64,000 bases of DNA from an uncultured Gammaproteobacteria bacterium (GCA_964411255.1 CAYPKD010000002.1:34100-98099), one strand, 5' to 3'; numbered from the stretch's first letter, positions 45,354-55,785 are shown. A program made the numbers and translations. Notes: generated by a model not told the origin, from the letters alone.

Positions 45354-46256
45354 ATGAAAAAAGCATTTTTAGTAATTTTCGTAATTATTTTAGTGCTTGG
45401 TATTGGAGGGTGCCAGCGATTACAAAAAAACGATTTGGAGGAGGATTTAAATAAACCAGATGTTGAGCAGGATGAAGAAGGCGAAATAAGTGATGCAGTC
45501 ATTGAATATGACGGGCTGATTGTCAGAGATGAAGACGATTATGTTTTGATTTCAGAAGGAGAGGAAATAGCGCTGATTGAGTTTAGCGGCATTGAAAATT
45601 ATTTGGATTCAAAAGTGAAGGTTTTTGGTCAGAATAAATATGATGGGCTTGAAGTTCAAAAAATCCAGATATGGAAACAAGGCCGGCTATTGAGCGTGGT
45701 TGGAAATTTATATTTGACTCTGGACAAAGGCGATCATTTATTGCTTCAGGGATCAGTGGTGCCTGAACTAATGGAAAAGTATGTGGGCAGAGAGGCAAAA
45801 CTTTTAGGTCAGTTTGCTGACAAGGGAGCATACAAATTTAAAATTTTAGAATATTATATTCAGGGAGTGAAAACCGATGTTTATCAGGAGTATAAAAATG
45901 ACAAGTTTGGATTTAAATTAAGATACCCGGCAGACTGGGAAGTTATTGAGGACCAGATAGATGTCGGCCATGAAGCGTATAATATTACTTTCAAAAAAGT
46001 CGAAACTGAAATAAATTTAATTTTGCAAAAGGAAATTCCACGGCCAGCGCTGGAAGACGATGATATTGAAAAGCAGCTTTTGCCAAGTGGGCTGGCAGTT
46101 CAATTGTATCATGATACTGAAGACAGAGACGGAGCTGAAGTTGACCGAGTGATCTTTGCTTTGCCAGAAAGCGATTATGATTTTTATATCGCTGGTTTTG
46201 GCAATGTGTTTAACCAGGTTTACCAGAGTATTGAATTGTTAGGGGATAGAGGCTAA
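45354..46256 (+). CDS. lipoprotein, unknown function
   Basis: Signal peptide with GIGGC lipobox. Confidence 0.5.
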   Translation: MKKAFLVIFVIILVLGIGGCQRLQKNDLEEDLNKPDVEQDEEGEISDAVIEYDGLIVRDEDDYVLISEGEEIALIEFSGIENYLDSKVKVFGQNKYDGLEVQKIQIWKQGRLLSVVGNLYLTLDKGDHLLLQGSVVPELMEKYVGREAKLLGQFADKGAYKFKILEYYIQGVKTDVYQEYKNDKFGFKLRYPADWEVIEDQIDVGHEAYNITFKKVETEINLILQKEIPRPALEDDDIEKQLLPSGLAVQLYHDTEDRDGAEVDRVIFALPESDYDFYIAGFGNVFNQVYQSIELLGDRG

Positions 46257-46327
46257 TAAATCCCTGATCCTGTACCCTGAAACCTGTATCCACTTACTCA
46301 TTACTCTTTACCCATTACTAAACATAT

Positions 46328-47545
46328 ATGAAAAAATTGCTTGTCATTATTTTATTAAGTGTTTTAATTTTGCCTGCATTGGCCTTTGCTGAGGCGCCGG
46401 TGAGGCATATTCAATTTAATCAGGAGACATTAAATAAAGGATTCACTGTAAAAAGCTATGATGATAATCTATGGCTGCCGATTTTTCCGCAGCAGTTTAA
46501 TTATCCTTTAGAAGTTAAAGTTTGGCTTCAGAGCATGATGTATATCCCTGATGATAAAAAAGCTGTCAGTAATGTGTACTGGTATGAAGTGCAAAATGGC
46601 CAGCAAGGTTTTTTGAGCAAGTCAGTTTTATTGTCATTGAGATATCAAAGTAATAATAATAGGAGTAAGAAAATACATTTTTTTGACAAATCCAGGCAGT
46701 CCTGGAGGCCTTTGGAATCAGAAGTTTATTGGGGTGATAAAATTGTAAAAGCCTGGTCACCTGTGCCAGCAGCAAATATTGCAGTGCTGGAAGACGCTTA
46801 TGATGTTCAGCATGATCTGACAGCAGCCTCTGCCATAGTTATTGACGCAAAAAGCGGTGAGATTCTTTATGAAAAAAATCCCACCCAGGTAAGACCCATT
46901 GCCAGTTTGAGCAAGCTTGTCTCAGCTTTGGTTTTTATGGATTATAATCCTGGCTGGCATAAAATGATGACCATAGCAGAGTCAGATAATGTGGGCGGAG
47001 CCAGCTTGCCAGTTGAACCTGGAGATCAGGTGTCTATAAAAAATTTATTCATGTCCACTTTAATGGCTTCAAAAAATAATGCTACCAGAGCTTTGATGCG
47101 TTCAACAGGTCTGAGCGAAGCGCAGTTTATAGTAAAAATGAATGAAAAAGCAAAGGCATTGGGCGCGATTAATACTCAGTTTGTCGAGCCAACCGGTCTT
47201 TCTGAATATAATCTGTCAACTGCTCGAGACATGGCACGAATTAGCAGGGAAGCATTTAAAAAATTTGAATTTTTAGAAGCGACAACTTTAAAATATTATC
47301 GTTTTAATATCATCAGCGTAGAAGAAGAGGGAGGAAAAGAAATTTGGATAAAAAATACAAACAAACTGGTCGACCGGGATCTTTATTTGCTTGGCAGCAA
47401 AACTGGTTATACCCATGAGGCTGGCAGATGTTTGGTGACAAAGGCAAAGAACAATGACGGTGAAATGATCGCTTTAGTTTTAGGCTCAGAGATTAGTCAA
47501 AATTATGAAGAAGTTTATTTGTTGTTGAGGCATTATTTATACTAA
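46328..47545 (+). CDS. serine-type D-Ala-D-Ala carboxypeptidase (PBP5/6, peptidase S11-like)
   Basis: SxxK (ASLSKL), SKTGYT (KTG) motifs, signal peptide. Confidence 0.75.
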   Translation: MKKLLVIILLSVLILPALAFAEAPVRHIQFNQETLNKGFTVKSYDDNLWLPIFPQQFNYPLEVKVWLQSMMYIPDDKKAVSNVYWYEVQNGQQGFLSKSVLLSLRYQSNNNRSKKIHFFDKSRQSWRPLESEVYWGDKIVKAWSPVPAANIAVLEDAYDVQHDLTAASAIVIDAKSGEILYEKNPTQVRPIASLSKLVSALVFMDYNPGWHKMMTIAESDNVGGASLPVEPGDQVSIKNLFMSTLMASKNNATRALMRSTGLSEAQFIVKMNEKAKALGAINTQFVEPTGLSEYNLSTARDMARISREAFKKFEFLEATTLKYYRFNIISVEEEGGKEIWIKNTNKLVDRDLYLLGSKTGYTHEAGRCLVTKAKNNDGEMIALVLGSEISQNYEEVYLLLRHYLY

Positions 47546-47599
47546 CATCGATACTAATATACGAATTCATACTAATTATACGAATTATTTAATCGAAGT

Positions 47600-47833
47600 A
47601 TGAAATTAAGTGCAGAACAATTTAAAAAAGTGATTCTAAAAATTTTAAAAACACCATACATTCCTGAGAAAGTGATGAAAGAAATCAAAGGCCGGGGTTA
47701 TGGTGATTATTTTTATTATTCGATTAGTAAAGAAAAGGCAATTAATATTATCAAAGAGCTTAAAAAGGATAATATTTTGCCAAAATTGCCAACTGCTAGG
47801 ACTGCGATTAATAGAGTTTTGAAAGAAGGCTAG
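47600..47833 (+). CDS. hypothetical small protein
   Basis: ORF. Confidence 0.4.
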   Translation: MKLSAEQFKKVILKILKTPYIPEKVMKEIKGRGYGDYFYYSISKEKAINIIKELKKDNILPKLPTARTAINRVLKEG

Positions 47834-47866
47834 ATGCGGACTGGCGCGGACTAATGCTGACCCTGC

Positions 47867-47893
47867 TGTCTTAAACGTCATTCCCAACTTGAT
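47867..47893. repeat. hairpin repeat gtcattcccaacttgattgggaatctc
   Basis: Related to gtcattcccgaccccgatcgggaatctc at 55413 and 55926. Confidence 0.5.
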
Positions 47894-48005
47894 TGGGAAT
47901 CTCTGACAAGTGCTGAATGACATAAAGCAGCGGCAAATATAATTCATTATGAAAGAACAACCCCAATCATAGTCATGGATCATGGAACATTGATCACATA
48001 ACGAT

Positions 48006-49097
48006 ATGAAATCAGAAAAACCACAATCATTAGAAAGCCAATTAAAAATGGCCCGCCCGCGGCGTGCTGAGGTTAAGCGTGTTCCTTTGACACCTGAAGA
48101 AAAGGAATTTTTAGGTGAGATAATGGATAAGGCTGTGGCAGCGGAAAAGGCTGGCGATTTAGCAAGGGCGATTGGATTTTATACAGATTATAAAAATGAG
48201 TTGTTAAAAATAAAAGATAAAAAGGAGAAGCTAATTGAATTGAAAGAGCAATATGAAGATCAGATTGAAACTCTTAAGAAAATCGGATTGATTGAACAAT
48301 TGCCTAACGGAGAAATGGGATTTTATGATATAAACGATAAACCAAGAAGAATCCCGACTTATGAAGAAATTTTAGAGCGAGTTGAGGCCAAGAAAGAATT
48401 TGTTGAAAAAAAGAAAGAACAAGGTTTTACGCAACTGCTTTTAGTGCCGTTTGGTATGAAATTGAGTGATATGGCCGAGAAAGCCAAGGAATTAATATTA
48501 AAAAAACATAGACAAGGTAAATTAAAGGGGACAAACGGAGATGAGCTTGAATTGAATGAAGATCAGCCTTTTTGGCTGGCAGAAGAGTATAAAGGGGGAG
48601 AAGTGGATATTGGTGAAGATAGCGATTTAGTTTATTTTCCAGAAAAGTATGATCAGGAAAATCACGGCGGAAAAACCAAGAAGGAAATTATAGAAAACAC
48701 AGACGGCTGGGACATAATGTTTATAGAGAATTTGCCAGATTTGCCAGCAGAAGGCAAGGGAAAAGAAGTTGGAGGCAGAAAGCAGTTGGAAGCGAATCAG
48801 ACCCCAAATCAATATTTAGAAAAAATGAAAAAAGAAGAGCAATATCAAGGCGAGAGCGGTATGACGCCAGAAGCTGAGTTAACGTATTTTATGCATTATT
48901 TGCAGAAGAATAACCAAGTAATTGATGACTGGCAAGGCAGTGGTAAAGTTAATTGGAATTTAGGCGGATATTTAAAAAGCGCGGGCGGCGTTTGCTGTTC
49001 TTTCTGGTCTCGGTCTCGTCGGCGGATGTTCCTGCTTTGGAACGTTTCTGGTGCTCGCGATGGCGATGGCGCGGTTCGTGCCTCGGTCAGGATTTAG
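48006..49097 (+). CDS. paralog family member (MIT-like N-term module, non-LRR C-terminus, GC-rich 3' tail)
   Basis: N-term ~85 percent nt identity to 5896/6534 copies; last ~40 codons lie in an atypically GC-rich stretch. Confidence 0.6.
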   Translation: MKSEKPQSLESQLKMARPRRAEVKRVPLTPEEKEFLGEIMDKAVAAEKAGDLARAIGFYTDYKNELLKIKDKKEKLIELKEQYEDQIETLKKIGLIEQLPNGEMGFYDINDKPRRIPTYEEILERVEAKKEFVEKKKEQGFTQLLLVPFGMKLSDMAEKAKELILKKHRQGKLKGTNGDELELNEDQPFWLAEEYKGGEVDIGEDSDLVYFPEKYDQENHGGKTKKEIIENTDGWDIMFIENLPDLPAEGKGKEVGGRKQLEANQTPNQYLEKMKKEEQYQGESGMTPEAELTYFMHYLQKNNQVIDDWQGSGKVNWNLGGYLKSAGGVCCSFWSRSRRRMFLLWNVSGARDGDGAVRASVRI

Positions 49098-49160
49098 GAT
49101 CTTGACCTTTGATATTTGATTTTTCTTTTGTTTCAATTTTTTACTTTTTGTTTTTATTTT

Positions 49161-50342
49161 ATGTCAGAACAACCACAATCCCTAGAAAGTCAATTAAAAA
49201 TGGCCCGCCCGAGAAAGACTGAGGTGGCGCGCATACCATTGACGCCTGAAGAAGACAAGCGTTTGTTTAGAATTTTAAATAAAGCAATTGAAGCTGAGAA
49301 AAAAAGGGAATTGGCAAAGGCGATTGAGTTATATGAACAGTACAAGGAAGAGTTATTACAGATAAAAAGAGAAAAAATGCCATGGGATATGGAAAGATTA
49401 ATTGAATGGGCAAAAAAAGATGCTGGGATTGCCAATGCAGAAAGATGGGTAACGGCAAATTTTGAATATGATGAGGAAGGGAAATTGATAGCTATAAATG
49501 ATATTGATTTGACAGGTAAAGAATTAAAAGAACTTCCCAGTGGAGTTAGTTTTATCGGAGACTTGAGATTGACCAAAGCTAAGGTTCAGAAATTTCCTAC
49601 TGAATTTTCAGTTGATGGCAATTTATATTTGGATGAAGCAAGAGTGAAAAGGCTGCCTCCTGGTTTGGATGTTGGAAATCATTTGACATTAAAAAAATCA
49701 CAAGTTGAGCTATTGGGTGAAAACACAATAGTTGATGGCTGGCTCGATGTGACAGAAAGCAAACTCCAGTGCTTACCTGAAAATTTAACAGTGATTAGCC
49801 GTTTATATGCCTCTGGCTTAAAAAGCATAAAGGGTATTCCAAAAAGCTTAAGAGTAGAAGGAGATCTTAATTTGCAAGGCACTAATATAAGAAAAATACC
49901 TGACGATTTTAGAGTGGGCAATAGGTTAGTATTGATGAATACGCCAATTTTAGAGATTGGCAATAATGTAAATATTGGGGGCAGCTTGGTTTTGACTGGC
50001 ACTAAAATACAAAGAATTGGAAATAATCTTAGAGTTGGCAAGGATTTAGTATTGGGAAGGTGCTCAAAATTAAAAAGCCTGCCTCGAAATATAGAAGTTG
50101 GCGGCAAGGTTGATATTCATGATACAAGAATCGGGAGCATACCTCCAATGCATGTAAAAGGTGATTTGAATATTAGCTCAAATTACCGGATCAGTAATTT
50201 ACCAGATAATTTACAGGTCGATGGTAATATTAATGTTGGTCTGTGCAAAAAGAAATTATATGAAAAGGCAAAAAAATTAAAAGAGCAGGGGAAAATTAAA
50301 GGAGAAATTAAAGGGCAAATAGATCCAAGGCATAAAACATAG
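49161..50342 (+). CDS. paralog family member with ~12 LPX/LRR-like repeats and C-terminal KLKEQGKIKGEIKGQI motif
   Basis: Start ATG 49161 (MSEQPQSLESQLKMARPR); repeats LPxxLxVxGNLxL. Confidence 0.65.
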   Translation: MSEQPQSLESQLKMARPRKTEVARIPLTPEEDKRLFRILNKAIEAEKKRELAKAIELYEQYKEELLQIKREKMPWDMERLIEWAKKDAGIANAERWVTANFEYDEEGKLIAINDIDLTGKELKELPSGVSFIGDLRLTKAKVQKFPTEFSVDGNLYLDEARVKRLPPGLDVGNHLTLKKSQVELLGENTIVDGWLDVTESKLQCLPENLTVISRLYASGLKSIKGIPKSLRVEGDLNLQGTNIRKIPDDFRVGNRLVLMNTPILEIGNNVNIGGSLVLTGTKIQRIGNNLRVGKDLVLGRCSKLKSLPRNIEVGGKVDIHDTRIGSIPPMHVKGDLNISSNYRISNLPDNLQVDGNINVGLCKKKLYEKAKKLKEQGKIKGEIKGQIDPRHKT

Positions 50343-50386
50343 ACCCCATAACGTCTTAACTTCTTTCCGTATTAACGCAATATTAT

Positions 50387-50893
50387 ATGATCAGTTCAAA
50401 ATATTTACTTCAAAAATCATTCAGCAGCGTCTTGTTATTTTTGTTTGCCAGCTTTTTCCATATGTGCCTTTCCTGGTGGCCAAAATATGTTGATCTGACC
50501 AAGTTTTTTTGCAATATAAATGAAAGCGTGTGGGAGCATATGAAAATGGCCTGGTGGGCAGCAATTGTTGTAGCTTTTATAGAAATGATATTTTTTCACT
50601 GGTCAAAAAACAGGAATTTTATAATGTCAAAGATTTTCAGTTCGATTATTTTAATTACAATAATTCCAATTTTATTTTATTCATACACATATTTTATTGC
50701 CAGTGATTTAGTTATTGATATTATAATTTTAATAATTGCTATTATTATCGCTCAAATTTTTGAATATTTATTAATGACAAAAACTCATTTTTATTGGGCA
50801 GTTTATTATATATCGCTTTTTGCGTTTTTAATGGTTAGTTATTTATTCATGAGTTTTAGTGTTAATGCTCCTGATTTAATTTTATTTAAATAA
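50387..50893 (+). CDS. polytopic membrane protein
   Basis: 5 hydrophobic helices. Confidence 0.5.
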   Translation: MISSKYLLQKSFSSVLLFLFASFFHMCLSWWPKYVDLTKFFCNINESVWEHMKMAWWAAIVVAFIEMIFFHWSKNRNFIMSKIFSSIILITIIPILFYSYTYFIASDLVIDIIILIIAIIIAQIFEYLLMTKTHFYWAVYYISLFAFLMVSYLFMSFSVNAPDLILFK

Positions 50894-51020
50894 ATTACAA
50901 ATTATTACAAATGAAGACTTTTAGCAACAGATTACAAATAATGCGTATTCGTAATTATTTGTAATATATTCTGGAAAAGCTAGTTATTTGTAATTAATTA
51001 GAAAGAAATTTTAAAAAAGT

Positions 51021-51710
51021 ATGCAAACGAAAATTTTTAACATTTTAATGATTGTTTTGATCATAATTTTTATTGTAGGCTTAGGCTTGGGCTATTGGTC
51101 TTTGTCAAAAAAGATTTGTGACATCCAGACTGAAATTAAAAATATGAAGCAGATTGATGAAGTAAAGGTAGATGCTCAGATTGATGTGGCAAAAGAAAAA
51201 AAGGACATTGAACAACAGGATGCTTTGACAGTGGCTGGAAAAGTGATAAAAGCAATTGAAAATAAAAGCCTGGCCAGCTGGTCAACCTATATTCATCCAG
51301 AAAAAGGAGTAAAATTTTCACCGTATTTTTATGTTGAAGATGATGACTTAGTCTTTATGCCTGAAGATTTGAAGAGTTTTACAAATAGCAGAAAAAAATA
51401 CGAATGGGGCGTATTTGACGGCACTGGCTTGCCAATTAATCTGAATTTTAATGATTATTATGACAGATTTATTTATGATGAAGATTTTTCAAATGCAGAA
51501 TCAATCAGTGTGGATAAGTTTATTGGCTCAGGCAATACGATAAATAACATTAAAGAGTATTATCCTGGTGCTACCACAGTTGAATTTCATTTTAGTGGTT
51601 TTGAGCAAGATCTTGGCGGCATGGACTGGAAGAGTTTAGTATTAGTTTTAGAACAATCTAATGGCCAGTGGTATTTAGTTGGAGTGGTGCATGGGGAATG
51701 GACGATTTAG
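51021..51710 (+). CDS. N-terminally anchored protein, unknown function
   Basis: TM + coiled coil. Confidence 0.5.
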   Translation: MQTKIFNILMIVLIIIFIVGLGLGYWSLSKKICDIQTEIKNMKQIDEVKVDAQIDVAKEKKDIEQQDALTVAGKVIKAIENKSLASWSTYIHPEKGVKFSPYFYVEDDDLVFMPEDLKSFTNSRKKYEWGVFDGTGLPINLNFNDYYDRFIYDEDFSNAESISVDKFIGSGNTINNIKEYYPGATTVEFHFSGFEQDLGGMDWKSLVLVLEQSNGQWYLVGVVHGEWTI

Positions 51711-51796
51711 TCATGGAACACATAACATGGATCAATTGATATAAAACTCGAAGCATGAAATTCGAAACTCGAAAAAAATAATGAAACAATGAAACC

Positions 51797-52873
51797 ATGA
51801 AGCAATTAATAACAAAAATAGCAGTGGCAATGTCTGGCGGCGTTGATTCTAGCGTGGCTGCTTTTTTATTAAAACAAAAAGGATATGATGTGTTTGGCGT
51901 ATTTGCAAAATTTTGGGCAGAAGAAGACGGAGAAAAAATTAGAGAAAATATTTGCTGTTCAAAACAAGCAAGAGATGATGCAAAAAGAGTTTGTGACAAA
52001 CTTAACATTCCTTTTTATACTATAAATCTTGAATCATCGTTTAAAGAAAAAGTGGTTGATAATTTTTTACTTGAATATAATGAAAGCCGGACGCCAAATC
52101 CGTGCGTTCGGTGCAATCAGTTTATAAAGTTTGGTCAGCTTTTAGAAAAAGTTGAAAAACTTGGTGCCACACATTTAGCAACCGGTCATTATGCGCAAGT
52201 TAAACAAACGCGCGGACAGTACAGACTTTTACGCGGACGAGATAATGAAAAAGATCAATCTTATTTTTTATATCGATTAAATCAAGACCAGCTTTCAAAA
52301 GTTTTATTTCCAGTAGGGCATTTAAAAAAGAAAAAGGTGCGAAAAATTGCTCAGAAAAATAATTTACCTGTGGCTTCTAAAAAAGAATCGCAAGAAGTAT
52401 GTTTTGTGCCATCTGGAGATTTACAAGATTTTTTAGCACGCTATTTGGATTTAAAGCCTGGAGAAATAAAAGATGTAGATTTAAAAAAAGTTTTAGGAGA
52501 ACATAAAGGCTTGGCCATGTACACTATTGGTCAGCGCAAAGGAATAGGCTTGGCTGGCGGGCCGTATTTTGTTGTTCAATTGGATAAGGAAAATAATATT
52601 TTATGGGTTACGAAGAACCAGGATCATGAAAAATTAAAAATGGACAAGTTGGTATTAAACAAAATAGATTGGATTGTAGGAACGCAAAATCTTGCGTTCC
52701 CACTAAAGGCCACGGCCAAAATACGGTACGGCAGTCCAGAAACGCCAGTTTTAATTTCAAAAAAAGATAATAAATATTTAATTCAATTTAAAAAACCCCA
52801 ATGGGCAGTAACACCTGGGCAGTCAATTGTGTTTTGGAAAGGAAAAGAAGTGCTGGGTGGTGGTGTGATTTAA
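51797..52873 (+). CDS. mnmA: tRNA-specific 2-thiouridylase MnmA
   Basis: VAMSGGVDSSVAA PP-loop, CCS, NPCVRCN motifs. Confidence 0.88.
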   Translation: MKQLITKIAVAMSGGVDSSVAAFLLKQKGYDVFGVFAKFWAEEDGEKIRENICCSKQARDDAKRVCDKLNIPFYTINLESSFKEKVVDNFLLEYNESRTPNPCVRCNQFIKFGQLLEKVEKLGATHLATGHYAQVKQTRGQYRLLRGRDNEKDQSYFLYRLNQDQLSKVLFPVGHLKKKKVRKIAQKNNLPVASKKESQEVCFVPSGDLQDFLARYLDLKPGEIKDVDLKKVLGEHKGLAMYTIGQRKGIGLAGGPYFVVQLDKENNILWVTKNQDHEKLKMDKLVLNKIDWIVGTQNLAFPLKATAKIRYGSPETPVLISKKDNKYLIQFKKPQWAVTPGQSIVFWKGKEVLGGGVI

Positions 52874-52874
52874 T

Positions 52875-53000
52875 GCAGCCGCGCCCGTTTTGTCGTCCTT
52901 CGCCAAGGCTACGGACGACTCCGCTCGAGATGACAAGGCGGACGCGGCTGCAGCTAGCAATGTTGTGTCATTTCGACCTTGTGGAGAAATCTAATAAAAA
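52875..53000. repeat. ~120-bp structured direct repeat, copy A (gcagccgcg...gtcgtccttcgccaaggctacggacgac...cgcggctgc...ggagaaatctaat)
   Basis: Copy B at 53294-53457 on other side of GIY-YIG gene. Confidence 0.65.
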
Positions 53001-53003
53001 GTA

Positions 53004-53293
53004 TGTCAACAGATCACGATTATTATGTATACATTATGTCAAGCCTCCAAAAAGCAATTTATATTGGAGTGACAAATGATTTAGAACGAAGAGTGAGTGA
53101 ACATAAAGCTAAAATTTACGAAGGATTTTCGAAAAGGTATAATTGTACAATTTTGGTTTATTATGAATATTTTACGGATATTAATGAGGCTATTGATAGA
53201 GAGAAACAGATAAAAAAATGGAGAAGAGAAAAGAAAATTTGGCTGATTGAATCAGAAAATCCAAATTGGAAAGATTTGGCATTTGATTATTAG
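53004..53293 (+). CDS. GIY-YIG nuclease family protein
   Basis: YYVYIMSS..AIYIGVTNDLERRVSEH; start ATG 53004 just after repeat. Confidence 0.75.
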
Positions 53294-53457
53294 TGCAGCC
53301 GTTTGGAAATTGATTAGATCTCTCGACTTCGTCGTCCTTCGCCAAGGCTATGGACGACTCCGCTCGAGATGACAAGGCGGACGCGGCTGCAACCAAAAGT
53401 CTTGTGTCATTTCGACTGGAGGCCCGCTTTTGGTGGGCCGTAATGGAGAAATCTAAT
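53294..53457. repeat. ~120-bp structured direct repeat, copy B (with extra hairpin ggcccgcttttggtgggcc)
   Basis: See copy A. Confidence 0.65.
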
Positions 53458-53515
53458 TAATGGAAATTCCAATAAAAAGTTGAAAAATAACCAAAAGCTG
53501 TTAAAATAGATTTAA

Positions 53516-55321
53516 TTGATAAAAATTATATATATGAAAATTACTGCACACGAATTAAGACAAAAATACATAGATTTTTTTAAAGAAAAAAAGCATAAAC
53601 AAATTGCTTCTGCTTCTTTGATTCCGGAAAATGATCCAACAGTTTTATTTACCACAGCTGGCATGCATCCGCTGGTTCCGTTTTTAATGGGTGAACCTCA
53701 TGCTCAGGGCACACGCCTGGTTGATTTTCAAAAATGTATTAGAACTGGTGATATTGATGAAGTGGGTGACGCTTTTCATCATACTTTTTTTGAAATGCTT
53801 GGCAATTGGTCATTAGGTGATTATTTTAAAAAAGAAACAATTGAATGGAGTTTTGAATTTTTAACTGATGAAAAATGGCTTGGTTTGCCAATAGAAAAAT
53901 TGGCTGTTACTTGCTTTGAAGGAGATGATGATGCTCCCAGAGATGAAGAATCTGCAGAGATTTGGAAAAGTATGGGAGTTTCAGAAGATAAAATAATTTT
54001 TATGCCAAAATCAGAAAATTGGTGGGGGCCAGCAGGTGAGACCGGACCTTGCGGACCAGATACTGAAATGTTTTATTATATTGGCCCAGATGAGCCGGGC
54101 AAAGACAGTAATCCTGGCAATGATGAAGAAAATTGGGTGGAAATATGGAATGATGTATTTATGCAATACAATAAAACTTCAGATGGAAATTATGAACCAT
54201 TGGTTCAAAAAAATGTTGATACAGGCATGGGACTTGAGAGGACATTGGCAGTAATGAATGGATTGTCAGATAATTATCGAACAGAATTATTTTGGCCGGT
54301 TATTCAGAAGATTGAGGAATTATCTGGAAAAAGATATGGACAAAGTCAGGAAGTCACTTTAGCAATGCGGGTGATTGCTGATCATATTAAAGCTTCAGTT
54401 ATGATTTTAGGAGATGAACATGCAGTGGCGCCTTCAAACGTAGATCAGGGTTATATTTTGAGAAGATTAATTCGCAGAGCAATCAGGCAGTCAAAGCAAA
54501 TTGGCATTGAAAAAGATTTTACAGTAAAAATAGCTCAGGTTGTTACCAAAATGATGGTTGAAACATATCCAGAAATTAGAGAAAATGAGCTTAGTATTTA
54601 TGATGAATTAAAAAAGGAAGAGGAAAAATTCAGAGAAACTCTTGAAAAAGGTGAGAAGGAATTTAAAAAAATGTCCAAAGATAAAAAAATTGACGGCAAA
54701 GAAGCTTTTATCTTATTTTCAACCTATGGTTTTCCATTTGAAATGACTAAAGAGATGGCTAAAGAGATTGGAGTGGAAATTAATGAACAAGAATTTTTAG
54801 AAGAATTTAAAAAACATCAGAAACTTTCAAAAACCGCTTCAGTTGGTAAATTTAAGGGCGGGCTGGCTGATGCTTCTGAAGAAACAAAACAGCTTCATAC
54901 AGCAGCTCATCTTTTATTAGCAGCTTTGCGAAAGGTTTTAGGCGATCATGTTGAGCAAAAAGGCTCAAATATCACGCCTGAACGATTACGATTTGATTTT
55001 TCTCATACTGAAAAGATGACTGATGATCAGAAAACTGAGGTTGAAAAATTGGTAAATGAAGCAATTGAAAAAGATTATTCTGTTTCATATGAAGAAATGT
55101 CTTTGGATGAGGCAAAAGAATTGGGAGCAATGGGAGTTTTTGAATCAAAGTATGGGGAAAAAGTTAAAGTTTATACAGTTGGAGAGGGTAAAGATATTTT
55201 TTCAAAAGAAATTTGTGGCGGTCCGCATGTTGAGAGAACTGGAGGACTTGGCAAATTTAAAATAAAAAAAGAGCAGTCCAGCTCTGCTGGGGTGAGGAGG
55301 ATTAAGGCGGTTTTGGAATAG
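53516..55321 (+). CDS. alaS: alanine--tRNA ligase, short form (catalytic + editing domains, ~600 aa)
   Basis: FTTAGMHPL, F.K C.R, MLGNWS class-II AlaRS motifs; HTAAHLL...CGGPHV editing-domain metal site; possible alternative start 53534. Confidence 0.8.
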   Translation: MIKIIYMKITAHELRQKYIDFFKEKKHKQIASASLIPENDPTVLFTTAGMHPLVPFLMGEPHAQGTRLVDFQKCIRTGDIDEVGDAFHHTFFEMLGNWSLGDYFKKETIEWSFEFLTDEKWLGLPIEKLAVTCFEGDDDAPRDEESAEIWKSMGVSEDKIIFMPKSENWWGPAGETGPCGPDTEMFYYIGPDEPGKDSNPGNDEENWVEIWNDVFMQYNKTSDGNYEPLVQKNVDTGMGLERTLAVMNGLSDNYRTELFWPVIQKIEELSGKRYGQSQEVTLAMRVIADHIKASVMILGDEHAVAPSNVDQGYILRRLIRRAIRQSKQIGIEKDFTVKIAQVVTKMMVETYPEIRENELSIYDELKKEEEKFRETLEKGEKEFKKMSKDKKIDGKEAFILFSTYGFPFEMTKEMAKEIGVEINEQEFLEEFKKHQKLSKTASVGKFKGGLADASEETKQLHTAAHLLLAALRKVLGDHVEQKGSNITPERLRFDFSHTEKMTDDQKTEVEKLVNEAIEKDYSVSYEEMSLDEAKELGAMGVFESKYGEKVKVYTVGEGKDIFSKEICGGPHVERTGGLGKFKIKKEQSSSAGVRRIKAVLE

Positions 55322-55354
55322 TTGGACGCCCTGAGTAAATTCACGAAAGACTAG

Positions 55355-55450
55355 TAAGAGATCCCCAGTCAAGCTGGGGATGACGAACTGGACGGGGCGT
55401 TAGACCACCGACATCGGACGTCATTCCCGACCCCGATCGGGAATCTCAGT
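55355..55450. repeat. direct repeat copy A: agatccccagtcaagctggggatgacg ... cgtcattcccgaccccgatcgggaatctca
   Basis: Copy B 55786-55950. Confidence 0.65.
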
Positions 55451-55471
55451 AACATTTGTCGGTGTAATAAT

Positions 55472-55759
55472 ATGAAAACATTCCACGTTTACATGATGGC
55501 TAGTAGAAAAAACGGCCCAATATATATTGGGCTCACCAGTGATTTAGTTAATAGGGTTTATGAACATAAAACTGAAGTTTATGAGGGATTTACAAAAAAA
55601 TATAACATTAAAAGATTAGTATATATTGAAGAATATGATTATTTTGATGAGGCAGTAAGACGAGAAAAACAATTAAAAAAGTGGAATCGAGCTTGGAAAA
55701 TTGAATTAATAGAGCGAGATAATCCTAATTGGTATGATCTTTATTATGAATTATACTGA
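55472..55759 (+). CDS. GIY-YIG nuclease family protein (second copy)
   Basis: FHVYMMAS..PIYIGLTSDLVNRVYEHK. Confidence 0.75.
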   Translation: MKTFHVYMMASRKNGPIYIGLTSDLVNRVYEHKTEVYEGFTKKYNIKRLVYIEEYDYFDEAVRREKQLKKWNRAWKIELIERDNPNWYDLYYELY

Positions 55760-55785
55760 AATGCCCTGCATAAGTATATGAAAAA

